From the NCBI GenBank assembly GCA_964577155.1, contig CAZNYB010000004.1:15444-79443 (forward strand): a stretch of DNA of 64,000 nt, written 5' to 3'. Each line of letters opens with the position of its first letter. Within the stretch, counting starts at the first letter, position 1. A model generated the notes under the pieces. That model was not told where the DNA came from. It did no database searches and worked only from the letters and a program-made list of their open reading frames with translations. The stretch comes from an uncultured Thermomicrobiales bacterium. Its GTDB lineage: Bacteria; Chloroflexota; Chloroflexia; Thermomicrobiales; CFX8. Both the position numbers and the translations under genes were made by a program. Shown piece after piece: positions 28,511 through 38,238 of this stretch.

Positions 28511-28974
28511 CCGGTCACCGTCCTAAACGCAAACTCGATCCAGATTGGCTCCAGGTCATCGTCCAGGCTGATTCTCATCCTCGCCAGCACCAGCCAGCGA
28601 ATCTCATCCTCCTGGTCAAGCTGCAGCATATACTCGACATCATCAATGTTGGCATCAATGACGATTTCTTCGGTCGCTCCCGCTGGCACAGTCAAATTGG
28701 GTCTTGTTCCGCCACCGCCGACGAAGTGGGAGTTTGCCGAAAATCGAAGATCGGCAGAGATGATTTCAATAGCTTCATCCGCCGGGTTGGTCACACTCAG
28801 TGTGATGATGACATCATCTCGCGGTCCCGAATATTCGAAATCCGCCAGGGAGATATCTATAGTGTCATAGATCTGATTGACTTCGATAAACCTGGCGGTC
28901 GCCGAGAACAGATTGATCCCGAAGACAATTGCTAGCAGAACCAGAATAGCAAACGCCACCCGCTGGATGATCAC
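28507..28974 (-). CDS. membrane-anchored protein with LEA_2/NDR1-HIN1-like beta-sandwich domain
   Basis: N-terminal TM helix followed by ITLSVTNPADEAIEIISADLRFSAN...TVPAGATEEIVIDANI, which fits the LEA type-2 pattern. The GTG start overlaps the moeA stop (GTGA). Confidence 0.5.
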   Translation of the reverse strand: MIIQRVAFAILVLLAIVFGINLFSATARFIEVNQIYDTIDISLADFEYSGPRDDVIITLSVTNPADEAIEIISADLRFSANSHFVGGGGTRPNLTVPAGATEEIVIDANIDDVEYMLQLDQEDEIRWLVLARMRISLDDDLEPIWIEFAFRTVTG

Positions 28975-30209
28975 CCGGTCTGGCTCGCAGGTACGGGCCG
29001 GTCGATGAGCAACGCATTCAGGTACGATCCAGCAGGATATTGATCGACGCCAGGGCTAACCACAAGCAGGGCATTTGACCCGACGAACGACATCAACCTC
29101 GCCGAGAGTTGAGGACCGGTTGATCTGGCGACCAGCGATCCGTCAGCGGCAACGCTCACCGTTACCCGTTGATACTCTATGCGGTCGCCAGGCTGAATCG
29201 ATTCTTCAATTCGCACTCGAACCTCAGGCAATCGCTCGGCATTCGACGACTGCAAGATCTGAAGAGCGGGGCGGACAAACAACTGAAACGAAACCAGGCA
29301 AGAAACCGGGTTGCCAGGCAAGCCAAAGAGCAGTTTCTCACCAAGAGTCGCGAAATTGAGCGGTTTACCCGGCTTCATAAACACCCGCCGAAAGTGAATC
29401 TCGGCCAGTTCACCAAGAAGCCCTTTGACCAGGTCACGGTCGCCCATTGATACGCCGCCGCTGGTGACCAGCACATCGGCCGCCGAGATCGCCTCAGTCA
29501 TCGCAGAACGTAAGTCGCCGGCGCGATCCTGAACGTGCCGGTTCAGTACCACTTCCGCGCCAGCCTGCTTTGCGGCGACGGCGAGAGAAAACCGGTTTGA
29601 ATCCCTGATCTGTCCTGGACCAGGCGTTTCGGTTGGCGCGACAAGTTCATCGCCGGTGGAGAGAATCGCAACTCTCGGGCGTCTGCCGACGCATACTTCA
29701 ACGTTGCCGAGGCTGGCGAAAAGTCCGATCTCTGCCGGCCCGATCGTGCTGCCTGCTTTGACCAGCACGTCCCCGGCGCGCATATCCGAACCAACAGGCC
29801 GGATGTTTTCACCTGATTGAGAAGGCAACCGGTGAATCGACACACTGTTGCCCGTGGTGGATGTGTTTTCCACTGGAACGACGGCATCAGCGCCATCCGG
29901 CACCGGCGCGCCGGTCATAATACGGGTGACAACACCGGTTGCTACCTGCAGGTCAATTTCCGCGCCTGCGAAACCGTCGCCAATAATTGTACGATCAGGA
30001 CTACGGTCAGCCGCCACAACGGCAAAACCGTCCATTGTTGAAGCGCGAAATGGAGGCAGGTCAACATCGGAGACCAGATCCATGGCTAGGATTCTGCCGG
30101 CTGATTCCTCGAATCGAACCTGCTCTGCTGGTAGTGGTCGAACGTGGCTGAGGACGATTGAACGGGCCTCGTCCGGGTGAATCATCCTGTCTAGTTGCGT
30201 TTCTGGCAT
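28971..30209 (-). CDS. moeA: molybdopterin molybdenumtransferase
   Basis: STMDGFAV, TGAPVP, SGGVSMGDRD. Start uncertain: ATG 30209 (AGGGA 5 nt upstream) is preferred, with ATG 30185 or the tracked 30254 also possible. Confidence 0.85.
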   Translation of the reverse strand: MPETQLDRMIHPDEARSIVLSHVRPLPAEQVRFEESAGRILAMDLVSDVDLPPFRASTMDGFAVVAADRSPDRTIIGDGFAGAEIDLQVATGVVTRIMTGAPVPDGADAVVPVENTSTTGNSVSIHRLPSQSGENIRPVGSDMRAGDVLVKAGSTIGPAEIGLFASLGNVEVCVGRRPRVAILSTGDELVAPTETPGPGQIRDSNRFSLAVAAKQAGAEVVLNRHVQDRAGDLRSAMTEAISAADVLVTSGGVSMGDRDLVKGLLGELAEIHFRRVFMKPGKPLNFATLGEKLLFGLPGNPVSCLVSFQLFVRPALQILQSSNAERLPEVRVRIEESIQPGDRIEYQRVTVSVAADGSLVARSTGPQLSARLMSFVGSNALLVVSPGVDQYPAGSYLNALLIDRPVPASQTG

Positions 30210-30263
30210 TAATTTCCCTGCATTTAAAACTGGTACCTTGAGCCTCGGAATCATAACTCAAAG

Positions 30264-30293
30264 TTGACCTTATCTGGCACACTTAAGGATAAT
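30264..30293 (+). promoter_or_regulatory. candidate sigma-70 promoter of relA/spoT
   Basis: TTGACC (30264-30269), 18-nt spacer, GATAAT (30288-30293). The tracked TTG start of the ORF is the -35 itself, which argues for a downstream start. Confidence 0.35.
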
Positions 30294-30329
30294 CTTGCAG
30301 CTTATCAGAGGTTTGATTTCCCTCTGAAA

Positions 30330-32606
30330 ATGTCCGGTTTACTACCTACGGAACAACAGATGGCACAGGCATTCCAGACATCTGAACTAGATCTCTTTGA
30401 AGTGTCCGCACTGCACAAGCGATTGATGGACGTGCTTCGCAGGGAGTATCCCGATCTCGACCCAACTGAAATCGAGCGAGCATTCTGGTTTGCAGCTGAG
30501 GCGCATTCAAACGATCACCGCCGTTCTGGCGAACTATTCATAACACACCCGGTGGAAGTAGCCGTCATCCTCGCCAACATGCAGATGGGTGAAGAAACGC
30601 TCATCGCCGCGCTGCTGCACGATGTCGTTGAAGACACCGACATTGCAACCGAAGACATCGAAAGGGAATTCGGAGCCCAGGTCGCTGGGCTGGTAGAAAG
30701 TGTGACCAAACTCGGTCGCATTCCCTGGACCAGTGAGGACTCCGACGCTGATCGTGCCGCCCGGGAACAAACCAGGCAGGCGGAAAGCCTGCGAAAAATG
30801 TTCCTGGCTATGGTCGACGACGTCAGGGTAGTACTTATCAAACTGGCTGACCGGCTCCACAACATGCGAACGCTTGAACATATGCCTCCAGCCAAGCAAC
30901 TGCGTAGCGCTCGCGAAACGATGGAGATCTATGCTCCGCTCGCGAACAGGCTTGGCATCTCCCAGCTGAAATCCGAGCTTGAGGATCTGGCATTTAAATA
31001 CCTGCACCCGCGCGCCTATCAGCAGATCGAGATGTCGCTTGAGCGGCAGGAACACGATCGCCAGGAGATTCTGGACTCGTTTATTTCCGATCTCCTGACC
31101 AAATTCAGAGAGGTCAAACTCGACGTTACCCTGGAAGCCAGGGAGAAACACTACTACTCGATCTGGCGCAAGATGCAACGCAAAGAGGTAGATGTCAGTC
31201 AGATTTTTGATGTTCTGGGGGTGCGGGTCATTGTCACCACCCAACCGGACTGCTATGCCGCCCTGGGGATCATTCATGCCAACTGGCGGCCGGTGCCGGG
31301 TGAATTTGACGATTACATCGCAACTCCGAAAGAGAGCCTCTATCAGTCGATCCACACCGCAGTGCTCGGTCCAGGCGGTCTTCCGATCGAAATCCAGATC
31401 CGTACCAGAGAAATGCATGACATCGCTGAAAACGGTCTTGCAGCCCACTGGCGGTACAAAGAAAATGGCAAGATCGACCAGAACGCCGAGCGAAAGATCG
31501 AGTGGCTACGCAAACTGATGGACTGGCGGGATGAAATAGCCGATGCCCAGGAATGGGTAGAGTCTATGAAATCCGACGTCTTCCAGGAATTGATCTACGT
31601 CTTCACACCAGCCGGTGATGTCATCGAGCTGCCAGCCGGAGCGACACCAGTCGATTTCGCCTACCGCATTCATACTGAAGTTGGCCACCAGTGTGTCGGC
31701 GCAAAGGAAAATGACCGGCACGTCCCGCTCGATCACAAACTTTCAACCGGCAGCGTGGTCCGGATATTTACCTCAAACTCGAAAGTTGGTCCGAGCCGGG
31801 ACTGGCTCATGCCAGCCAACGGGTACGTTGTCACCGCGTCAGCGCGGGAAAAGATTCGACAGTGGTTTCGCCGTCAAGCCAGGGACGAAAACATTGCCCA
31901 AGGCAGGGACATCATCGACCGTGAGCTCAAGCGTATAAATGTTGACGTCAAAATTGATGATCTGGCCAAGCAGTTTCCTTCGTATCAGAAAGTCAACGAT
32001 TTTCTCGCCGCGGTTGGCTACGGGGCAATATCGCCACAACAACTGACCGCGCGGTTGGTCGAAGACCGGGAACCGGAGTTTTTACCAGTTCCTGAGGAAG
32101 GTCGCCAGCGCCCAACGGTTGCCAAAGGCATTCAGGTTATGGGAGTCGGTGATCTCTACACACGGATCGCCAACTGTTGTCGTCCAGTGTACGGTGACGA
32201 AATTACCGGTTACACGACTCGAGGTCGTGGGATTACGGTTCACCGCAAAGATTGTCCGAATATTCGCCATGTAGACGACGAAGCCCGTTTGGTCGAAGTG
32301 TCCTGGGGCGAACAGGTCGAAGAGTATTCCGTCACCATTCAGGGAGAAGCCTGGGACAGAGTCGGATTGCTCCGAGATATTACAACGATGATCGCCGATG
32401 AAAATGTCAACATGCAGTCGGTGCTGACTGACTCCCACGACGATCAGACCGTCACGATTCTTTTGACCATAAGTGTCACCGGTATCAAGCAGCTCAGCAA
32501 AGTGCTGCAAAAAATGGAAGCCATCCGCGACGTCTACGAGGTGCGGCGAGTGAACCCGCCTCCTAGAAATCGCTCGTTCAACGAAACGGCGAGCGGCAAG
32601 TCATAG
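30330..32606 (+). CDS. relA: bifunctional (p)ppGpp synthetase/hydrolase
   Basis: HD hydrolase motif HDVVEDT. Synthetase region YYSIWRKMQRK...GYQSIHTAV-like (YQSIHTAV). TGS and C-terminal ACT-like segments are present. The start is ATG 30330 or 30360 (weak RBS in both cases). Confidence 0.9.
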   Translation: MSGLLPTEQQMAQAFQTSELDLFEVSALHKRLMDVLRREYPDLDPTEIERAFWFAAEAHSNDHRRSGELFITHPVEVAVILANMQMGEETLIAALLHDVVEDTDIATEDIEREFGAQVAGLVESVTKLGRIPWTSEDSDADRAAREQTRQAESLRKMFLAMVDDVRVVLIKLADRLHNMRTLEHMPPAKQLRSARETMEIYAPLANRLGISQLKSELEDLAFKYLHPRAYQQIEMSLERQEHDRQEILDSFISDLLTKFREVKLDVTLEAREKHYYSIWRKMQRKEVDVSQIFDVLGVRVIVTTQPDCYAALGIIHANWRPVPGEFDDYIATPKESLYQSIHTAVLGPGGLPIEIQIRTREMHDIAENGLAAHWRYKENGKIDQNAERKIEWLRKLMDWRDEIADAQEWVESMKSDVFQELIYVFTPAGDVIELPAGATPVDFAYRIHTEVGHQCVGAKENDRHVPLDHKLSTGSVVRIFTSNSKVGPSRDWLMPANGYVVTASAREKIRQWFRRQARDENIAQGRDIIDRELKRINVDVKIDDLAKQFPSYQKVNDFLAAVGYGAISPQQLTARLVEDREPEFLPVPEEGRQRPTVAKGIQVMGVGDLYTRIANCCRPVYGDEITGYTTRGRGITVHRKDCPNIRHVDDEARLVEVSWGEQVEEYSVTIQGEAWDRVGLLRDITTMIADENVNMQSVLTDSHDDQTVTILLTISVTGIKQLSKVLQKMEAIRDVYEVRRVNPPPRNRSFNETASGKS

Positions 32607-32622
32607 AGCGGACTGTTTCCTG

Positions 32623-33552
32623 GTGACTGTCGTTTGTCTGGGTGAAGCCGTAGTCGATCTGATCTCGCCTGATCAATCCTCGATCGATTCAGCCGAAACA
32701 CTCACGATCAACATTGGTGGCACACCGCTCAACGTTGCAATCGCATTAAAACGGCTGGGCGTCGATTCAACTTTTGCAGGCGCGCTATCGTCGGACAGTT
32801 TTGGAAACCGGATCCTTGAGACGCTGAAAAATGAAGAGGTTGGCTTCGTTCCGGAGAAACGGGTTCACCAGCAGACCCGCCTGGCGGTCATCAATCCAGC
32901 GGCTGAGGAGCCAGGCTTCAGGTTTTACGGCGACGATCCAGCCGATACCCAGCTCAAACCCGAACAGATATTGCCGGTGATCTCCAACAATACTCAGGCG
33001 TTGTACCTGAGCGTGATGATGTTTCACCATCCTCAGGCGGCTCGTACCCAGCGAGCAGCAATTGTCCGGGCAGTTGAGCAAGGCGTCCCGATCTATGCTG
33101 ATCCCAATCCCCGGCCATCGATGTGGTCAGACACGACAGTCATGGCAGCCGCCGTGCGCCGGCTACTCAGCGCTTCTCGTCTGGCCAAACTGAGTCTCGA
33201 CGATGCCCGCGCACTCGGGTGGTCAGCAGAACCAAACACCTTGATACTCCAATCCCTGACGGAATGGAACACAACTGTGATCGTGACCGACGGAGCGAAT
33301 GGCAGCTGGGCGCAGATTGACGGCGAGATCATCCATGTGCCAGCTATCCAGGTTGAAGAACGGGATGCAACCGGGGCGGGAGACGCTTTTTTTGCTGCGC
33401 TGATTGCTGAGCATTTGCGGGAAGGCCGGATAACTTCCGATTCGATGGAGTTCGCATCTGTCGCTGGCGCGCTTGCAACGACAAAGCAAGGCGCTCAGGC
33501 AGGTCTTCCCAACAGAGTTGAAATTGAACGAAATCGACGATCTGACGGTTAA
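32623..33552 (+). CDS. PfkB-family carbohydrate kinase
   Basis: GGTPLNVA and C-terminal DATGAGDAF anion-hole motif. GTG start. Confidence 0.8.
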   Translation: MTVVCLGEAVVDLISPDQSSIDSAETLTINIGGTPLNVAIALKRLGVDSTFAGALSSDSFGNRILETLKNEEVGFVPEKRVHQQTRLAVINPAAEEPGFRFYGDDPADTQLKPEQILPVISNNTQALYLSVMMFHHPQAARTQRAAIVRAVEQGVPIYADPNPRPSMWSDTTVMAAAVRRLLSASRLAKLSLDDARALGWSAEPNTLILQSLTEWNTTVIVTDGANGSWAQIDGEIIHVPAIQVEERDATGAGDAFFAALIAEHLREGRITSDSMEFASVAGALATTKQGAQAGLPNRVEIERNRRSDG

Positions 33553-34949
33553 GGCTCGAAAACCTCTTCAACCTCCTCAACGAGTCCAAAGTTCTTTTCG
33601 ATGCGTTCCCGGCGCGTCATTCGCCGGGTCACTCCTTCTTGCAACTCTCGCTCGGCGTCAAGCGCTGCCTGATCCCAGATGAGCTCTGCTCCAGCGATAT
33701 GCACCACATCTCCGGGCACAATTCCGAAGTCAGTCAAGGCAGCCGAGATCCCGGACGACTCCAGAATCCGTTGAAATCGTTCGGCAGCTTCTTCTAGCGA
33801 AAAGTCCGTCATTCGGAGCGTTCGCTCGATTTTCACTCCGGTCACTTCAAAGTGATGCCGGGAGAGTCTTTCGGCGTTCCAGGTGTCTTCCGCATCTTCA
33901 AGGGTATACACCTTTTGATTGGCTGGTTTTGGCTCGGGTATCGGGATCGACTGCAGCTGCTTGCCAACCTCGATCATCAGTTCGGACACACCTTCACCGG
34001 TGGCTGCCGACACAGCCCAGACCGGACGGGCCTCGGCAGGCAATTCTTCAGTGATCAGATCCAGATATTCACGGGTCTCTGTGAGATCCAGTTTGTTGAT
34101 CGCAACAAGACTGGGCTTTGCCGCCAGCTCAGGTGAATAGGCTTGAAGTTCATCCCGAATAGTCTGATAGTCGACTACCGGATCACGGCCTTCAAGCCCT
34201 CCAGAACCGTCGATCAGGTGAATCAGCATGCGGCAGCGCTCGACGTGCCGGAGGAAATCAAGCCCCAGCCCAACTCCTTCGGCCGCCCCATCTATCAAGC
34301 CAGGAATATCAGCCAGAACAAACGTCGGACCGCCTGCGCCACCAATTTCCACAAAGCCGAGGTTTGGTTGTAACGTCGTAAACGGGTAGTCCGCGATCTT
34401 TGGACGGGCAGCACTTACCGCAGCCAGCAGGGTGGATTTTCCGGCGTTGGGTAGACCGACTAATCCGACATCGGCAATCATTTTGAGTTCGAGCCGGAGC
34501 CAGGTCTCGATGCCGGGTTCGCCAAGTTCGGCGATGCGTGGCGCCTGGTTGATGGACGATTTGAATCTCGCATTCCCGAGACCGCCGACTCCGCCAGCGG
34601 CGATTAGCGCCTCCTCGCCCGGCTCGGTCAGATCACAGAGCAGTTCACCGGTCTCATCATCACTAATGACGGTGCCAGGAGGAACCCGAATCCGCAGATC
34701 CTCTCCGGAACGACCGCGCATGTTCTTCTTGCCGCCAGGGTGTCCATCTTCGGCGCGGAAATGGACGGTATGCCGAAACGGCATCAACGTTGATAGCTGG
34801 TCGTCGACGACAAACACAATGTCGCCGCCTTTGCCGCCATCTCCGCCGTCTGGTCCGCCAAAAGGGACGTACTTCTCCCGGAGAAAAGAGACAATGCCCC
34901 TGCCGCCATCACCGCTTTTTATGTATATTTTGGCACGATCTTGCAACAT
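33549..34949 (-). CDS. obg: GTPase Obg/CgtA with C-terminal Obg_CT (DUF1967-like) domain
   Basis: MLQDRAKIYIKSGDGGRG...GGPDGGDGGKGG glycine-rich Obg fold. G1 GLPNAGKST and NKLD. Start at ATG 34949 by homology with canonical Obg N-termini. Confidence 0.9.
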   Translation of the reverse strand: MLQDRAKIYIKSGDGGRGIVSFLREKYVPFGGPDGGDGGKGGDIVFVVDDQLSTLMPFRHTVHFRAEDGHPGGKKNMRGRSGEDLRIRVPPGTVISDDETGELLCDLTEPGEEALIAAGGVGGLGNARFKSSINQAPRIAELGEPGIETWLRLELKMIADVGLVGLPNAGKSTLLAAVSAARPKIADYPFTTLQPNLGFVEIGGAGGPTFVLADIPGLIDGAAEGVGLGLDFLRHVERCRMLIHLIDGSGGLEGRDPVVDYQTIRDELQAYSPELAAKPSLVAINKLDLTETREYLDLITEELPAEARPVWAVSAATGEGVSELMIEVGKQLQSIPIPEPKPANQKVYTLEDAEDTWNAERLSRHHFEVTGVKIERTLRMTDFSLEEAAERFQRILESSGISAALTDFGIVPGDVVHIAGAELIWDQAALDAERELQEGVTRRMTRRERIEKNFGLVEEVEEVFEP

Positions 34950-35058
34950 CAGATTCATACTCCGCGCTGGTCGGATTGCTATGCGCCAGCCATCAAGCAT
35001 GCCATAGCGGATTCAGGAGAAATTGTCTGGATCAACTCATTAGAGCCATGGTTGACTT

Positions 35059-36681
35059 CTAGACGAGGTAGTCCCTCAGGACTTTGGATCGACTTGGATG
35101 ACGAAGCTTCCGCAATGCCTTGGCCTCAATCTGGCGAATGCGCTCTCTGGTCACGTTAAACTCCTGACCAACTTCCTCAAGGGTTCTGGTTCTACCGTCC
35201 ACAATGCCGAATCTCAGACGAAGCACCTGCTTTTCCCGTTCTGAGAGCGACTCAAGAACATCTTCAAGCTGCTCTTGCAGCATCTGCTGGGAAGCCGCGT
35301 CGGCAGGAGCAATCGCTTTGTCGTCCTCAAGAAAATCACCGAGATTTGAGTCGTCTTCTTCACCGATAGGCGTGTGGATCGAGATTGGTTCCTGTGAAAT
35401 CTTCATGATCTCTCGGACTCGTTCAGCGGATAGCTCCATCTCCTCGGCAATCTCTTCAGATGTAGGTTCCCGGCCCAACTCCTGATGAAGCTGGCGGGAA
35501 ACTCGCATCAACCGGTTGATCGTTTCGACCATGTGGACCGGAATGCGGATGGTTCGGGCCTGGTCGGCGATCGCCCGGGTAATTGCCTGCCGTATCCACC
35601 AGGTTGCGTAGGTTGAGAACTTGAACCCTTTATGATGCTGAAACTTCTCAACCGCCCGGATGAGACCGAGATTCCCTTCCTGGATAAGATCTGACATCGT
35701 CATCCCGCGTCCGACATACTTCTTGGCAACACTGACGACCAGTCGAAGATTTGCCTCAGTTAGATGTTCTCTGGCGTATTGCCCTTCTGCGATCATTCGA
35801 TCTTGTTCACGTTTCAGGCCGTGTTGCCGTTTTTCAAGCAACGCTCGAAGATCATCTTTTGACATCCAGGCATCAATAAAATCGATCTCAGACTGCACCT
35901 CAGCCGGCAACAAGTCAAACTCTATCCGTCGCTGGCGTAGTTCGTTTTCGAGCTGGGACAGATCCACTTCCAGCAGCGCGGCCGCAGATTCGAATGCGCC
36001 GTCCGGAAGGGAAGTAACCGGAAGCACTATTGCCAGCGCTGCCGATTTCGTTTCGGGCAGATTACCTGGGTTGATACAGGCGCTGACCGCTTCGACAAAG
36101 CGCCAGTTATCCCGAAACGTCTGATAAATTCGCTCAACAACATCGACTGAACTCGGGCTTTCGCCTGTTTCTTCAAATAGCTGTACTCGGGTCTGGAGGA
36201 GGCACTCTCGCCGTTCCATCTGTTTCGCCAGGAGCACTTCCTCCTGAGCAGACAGCAACGAGACCCTTCCAATCTCGCGGAGATACATTCTGACAGGATC
36301 ATCGATGCTCACCGAAGCCAGATCATCGTCCGCCGAGACAGATTTTGCCGTGGTGCTTGTACGCAATGATGATGGTGTGTCGATATCTGTTACCAGTTCA
36401 GAAGCATCTTCGTCTTCATCCAGCTCTTCAGCTATCAGAATGCCCTCGGCTGCGAGCCGGGCCTCGACGGCATCGAACGTGGCTGCATCCTGTTCAGGCG
36501 TAATGATCATGAGCAATTCATCAACTGAAAGCGTCCCGCGCTGTATCGCAAACTCGCAAATTTGATTCGCCAGCGCTAGATTCGGTCCTGAGGAATCGTC
36601 ATTCTCCAACGCCGCGGCAGTAAGTACCGGTGGCTGGAATCCTGTTGAAATTTGCGTTGAATTATCGAAGCGTTCTGCCAC
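35059..36681 (-). CDS. rpoD: primary RNA polymerase sigma factor
   Basis: Region 2 [27 protein letters not shown]. Region 4 [30 protein letters not shown]. Acidic N-terminal region 1. Confidence 0.95.
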   Translation of the reverse strand: MAERFDNSTQISTGFQPPVLTAAALENDDSSGPNLALANQICEFAIQRGTLSVDELLMIITPEQDAATFDAVEARLAAEGILIAEELDEDEDASELVTDIDTPSSLRTSTTAKSVSADDDLASVSIDDPVRMYLREIGRVSLLSAQEEVLLAKQMERRECLLQTRVQLFEETGESPSSVDVVERIYQTFRDNWRFVEAVSACINPGNLPETKSAALAIVLPVTSLPDGAFESAAALLEVDLSQLENELRQRRIEFDLLPAEVQSEIDFIDAWMSKDDLRALLEKRQHGLKREQDRMIAEGQYAREHLTEANLRLVVSVAKKYVGRGMTMSDLIQEGNLGLIRAVEKFQHHKGFKFSTYATWWIRQAITRAIADQARTIRIPVHMVETINRLMRVSRQLHQELGREPTSEEIAEEMELSAERVREIMKISQEPISIHTPIGEEDDSNLGDFLEDDKAIAPADAASQQMLQEQLEDVLESLSEREKQVLRLRFGIVDGRTRTLEEVGQEFNVTRERIRQIEAKALRKLRHPSRSKVLRDYLV

Positions 36682-36800
36682 GTATTGTGCTTTCTGTACG
36701 CCCTGGCTCTATGAGCGGACTTCGATTTCGAACGGTTAACCAGGTACTACTGCCAGAACCTCAACATTGAGCGAAGGTATGTTGAGTCCTTACGTCGAGC

Positions 36801-38096
36801 TCAAATATCTCGAACCAGCAGGTCGTTCAGCGTCTCTCTCCTTTGGACGAGCCTGTACTCCCCATCTGCTGCAAATACGACTGGCGGGCGCAACGCCATA
36901 TTATAGTTGCTTGCCATCGGCAGACAGTATGCGCCTGATGCTGGGATCGCCAACAGATCTCCCCTTTGAAACTGTGGAAGGTCGATCTGATCAATCAGCA
37001 CATCGCCGGACTCACAGTACTTGCCGGCGATCGTGACGGGAATCGTAGGTTCAACTGATGGGCGAGCGACTAACTCCGCAGAGTATACCGCACCGTAAAG
37101 AGCGGGGCGTATATTGTCAGCCATGCCGCCATCAACAGAGACATACGTCCGGATGCCTGCTATCGCCTTCGTAGCGCCTAACGTATAAACCGCGATACCA
37201 GCCTGACCAACGATGGAACGGCCTGGCTCAAGTGTTACTGTCAAATCCTGGAAGTCGTACCGATCCGCCGCTTGATTGCATGCTGATCCAATCCTCGCCA
37301 CTAACGTTTCAAGATCTGGCTTCTGATCTGAAGCGTGCTGCTGAATGGCAAAGCCACCTCCTGGTGAAAGCTCTACCGGCACGACACCGTAACGATCTCG
37401 CATGTCGCTCGCGAACGAAAACAGCGTGTCGACGGATTCGAGAAATGGCTCAACTTCGAATATCTGAGAGCCAATATGTGAGTGATAGCCATCGAGCTGG
37501 ACAGCAGCAATCGAGAGGATCTTGCCGACGGCGCGTTCAGCGTCTCCAGTCTGAGTGGAAAGTCCGAACTTCGAGTCTATGATGCCTGTTTTCCGGTAGT
37601 CGTGCGTGTGGACATCGATGCCAGGATTAACTCGCAGCAAAACATGGACAACCGTGGTGTGACTCGACAGCAGTTCGGCCAGCAGTTCGATTTCGTCGAA
37701 GTTGTCAACGACGATGTGCTTGATTCCCGCGTCGATAGCCAGCGCGATCTCTTCCCTGGACTTGTTGTTGCCATGCAGGGAGATGCGTTCGGCTGGAAAC
37801 CCGCTTGCCAGCGCGACATGTAGTTCACCGGCTGAGACGACGTCCAGTGACAATCCTTCTTGAGCAAGTATCCGGAGGAGCGCTGTCGACAACCATGCTT
37901 TTCCCGCGTAGGCGATCTCACCGTACCGGTATGCTTGCCGAAACTGCTCTCGAAAAAGCCTGCACCTGGACCGGATCATCTCCTCATCGTAGATGTACAG
38001 TGGTGTCCCAAACTCCCGCGCAATTTCTTCGATCGATACACCGCCAACTTCGAGTTGGCCATTCGTATTCCGTCGTGTGTTTTCCGACCAGACCAT
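36801..38096 (-). CDS. lysA: diaminopimelate decarboxylase
   Basis: Fold-III PLP decarboxylase pattern: YAGKA, HSHIGSQ, SPGGGF, CESGD. Confidence 0.9.
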   Translation of the reverse strand: MVWSENTRRNTNGQLEVGGVSIEEIAREFGTPLYIYDEEMIRSRCRLFREQFRQAYRYGEIAYAGKAWLSTALLRILAQEGLSLDVVSAGELHVALASGFPAERISLHGNNKSREEIALAIDAGIKHIVVDNFDEIELLAELLSSHTTVVHVLLRVNPGIDVHTHDYRKTGIIDSKFGLSTQTGDAERAVGKILSIAAVQLDGYHSHIGSQIFEVEPFLESVDTLFSFASDMRDRYGVVPVELSPGGGFAIQQHASDQKPDLETLVARIGSACNQAADRYDFQDLTVTLEPGRSIVGQAGIAVYTLGATKAIAGIRTYVSVDGGMADNIRPALYGAVYSAELVARPSVEPTIPVTIAGKYCESGDVLIDQIDLPQFQRGDLLAIPASGAYCLPMASNYNMALRPPVVFAADGEYRLVQRRETLNDLLVRDI

Positions 38097-38238
38097 ATCG
38101 TGTTCCTCCGTTGTTCCAAACGTGTTCTATTCGCGTGAAATTTCATGCGGTTTTGCCTACGCCACTGCGATCGGTCGAATACGGCATCATGTATCCTTTC
38201 GCCTGAACTTGAGCTCGTATCGAAACTGGCATGTTTTC

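Noticed and set aside
30534-31448. 304-aa antisense ORF inside relA/spoT
   Set aside because: It is a shadow ORF opposite a strongly supported gene. It has no recognisable motifs or RBS, which is typical of GC-rich coding DNA.
36760-36786. Hairpin CTCAACAT-11 nt-ATGTTGAG just after the lysA stop as a terminator
   Set aside because: It has a perfect 8-bp AT-rich stem but no U-tract on the lysA strand. It is too weak to call a terminator, and it could equally be part of the rpoD upstream region.
37993-38238. 82-codon N-terminal extension of the ABC-F ORF overlapping lysA
   Set aside because: The canonical ABC-F N-terminus begins at ATG 38239 (MAKTILTV). The extension overlaps the lysA 5' end on the opposite strand and has a low-complexity, non-protein-like composition.
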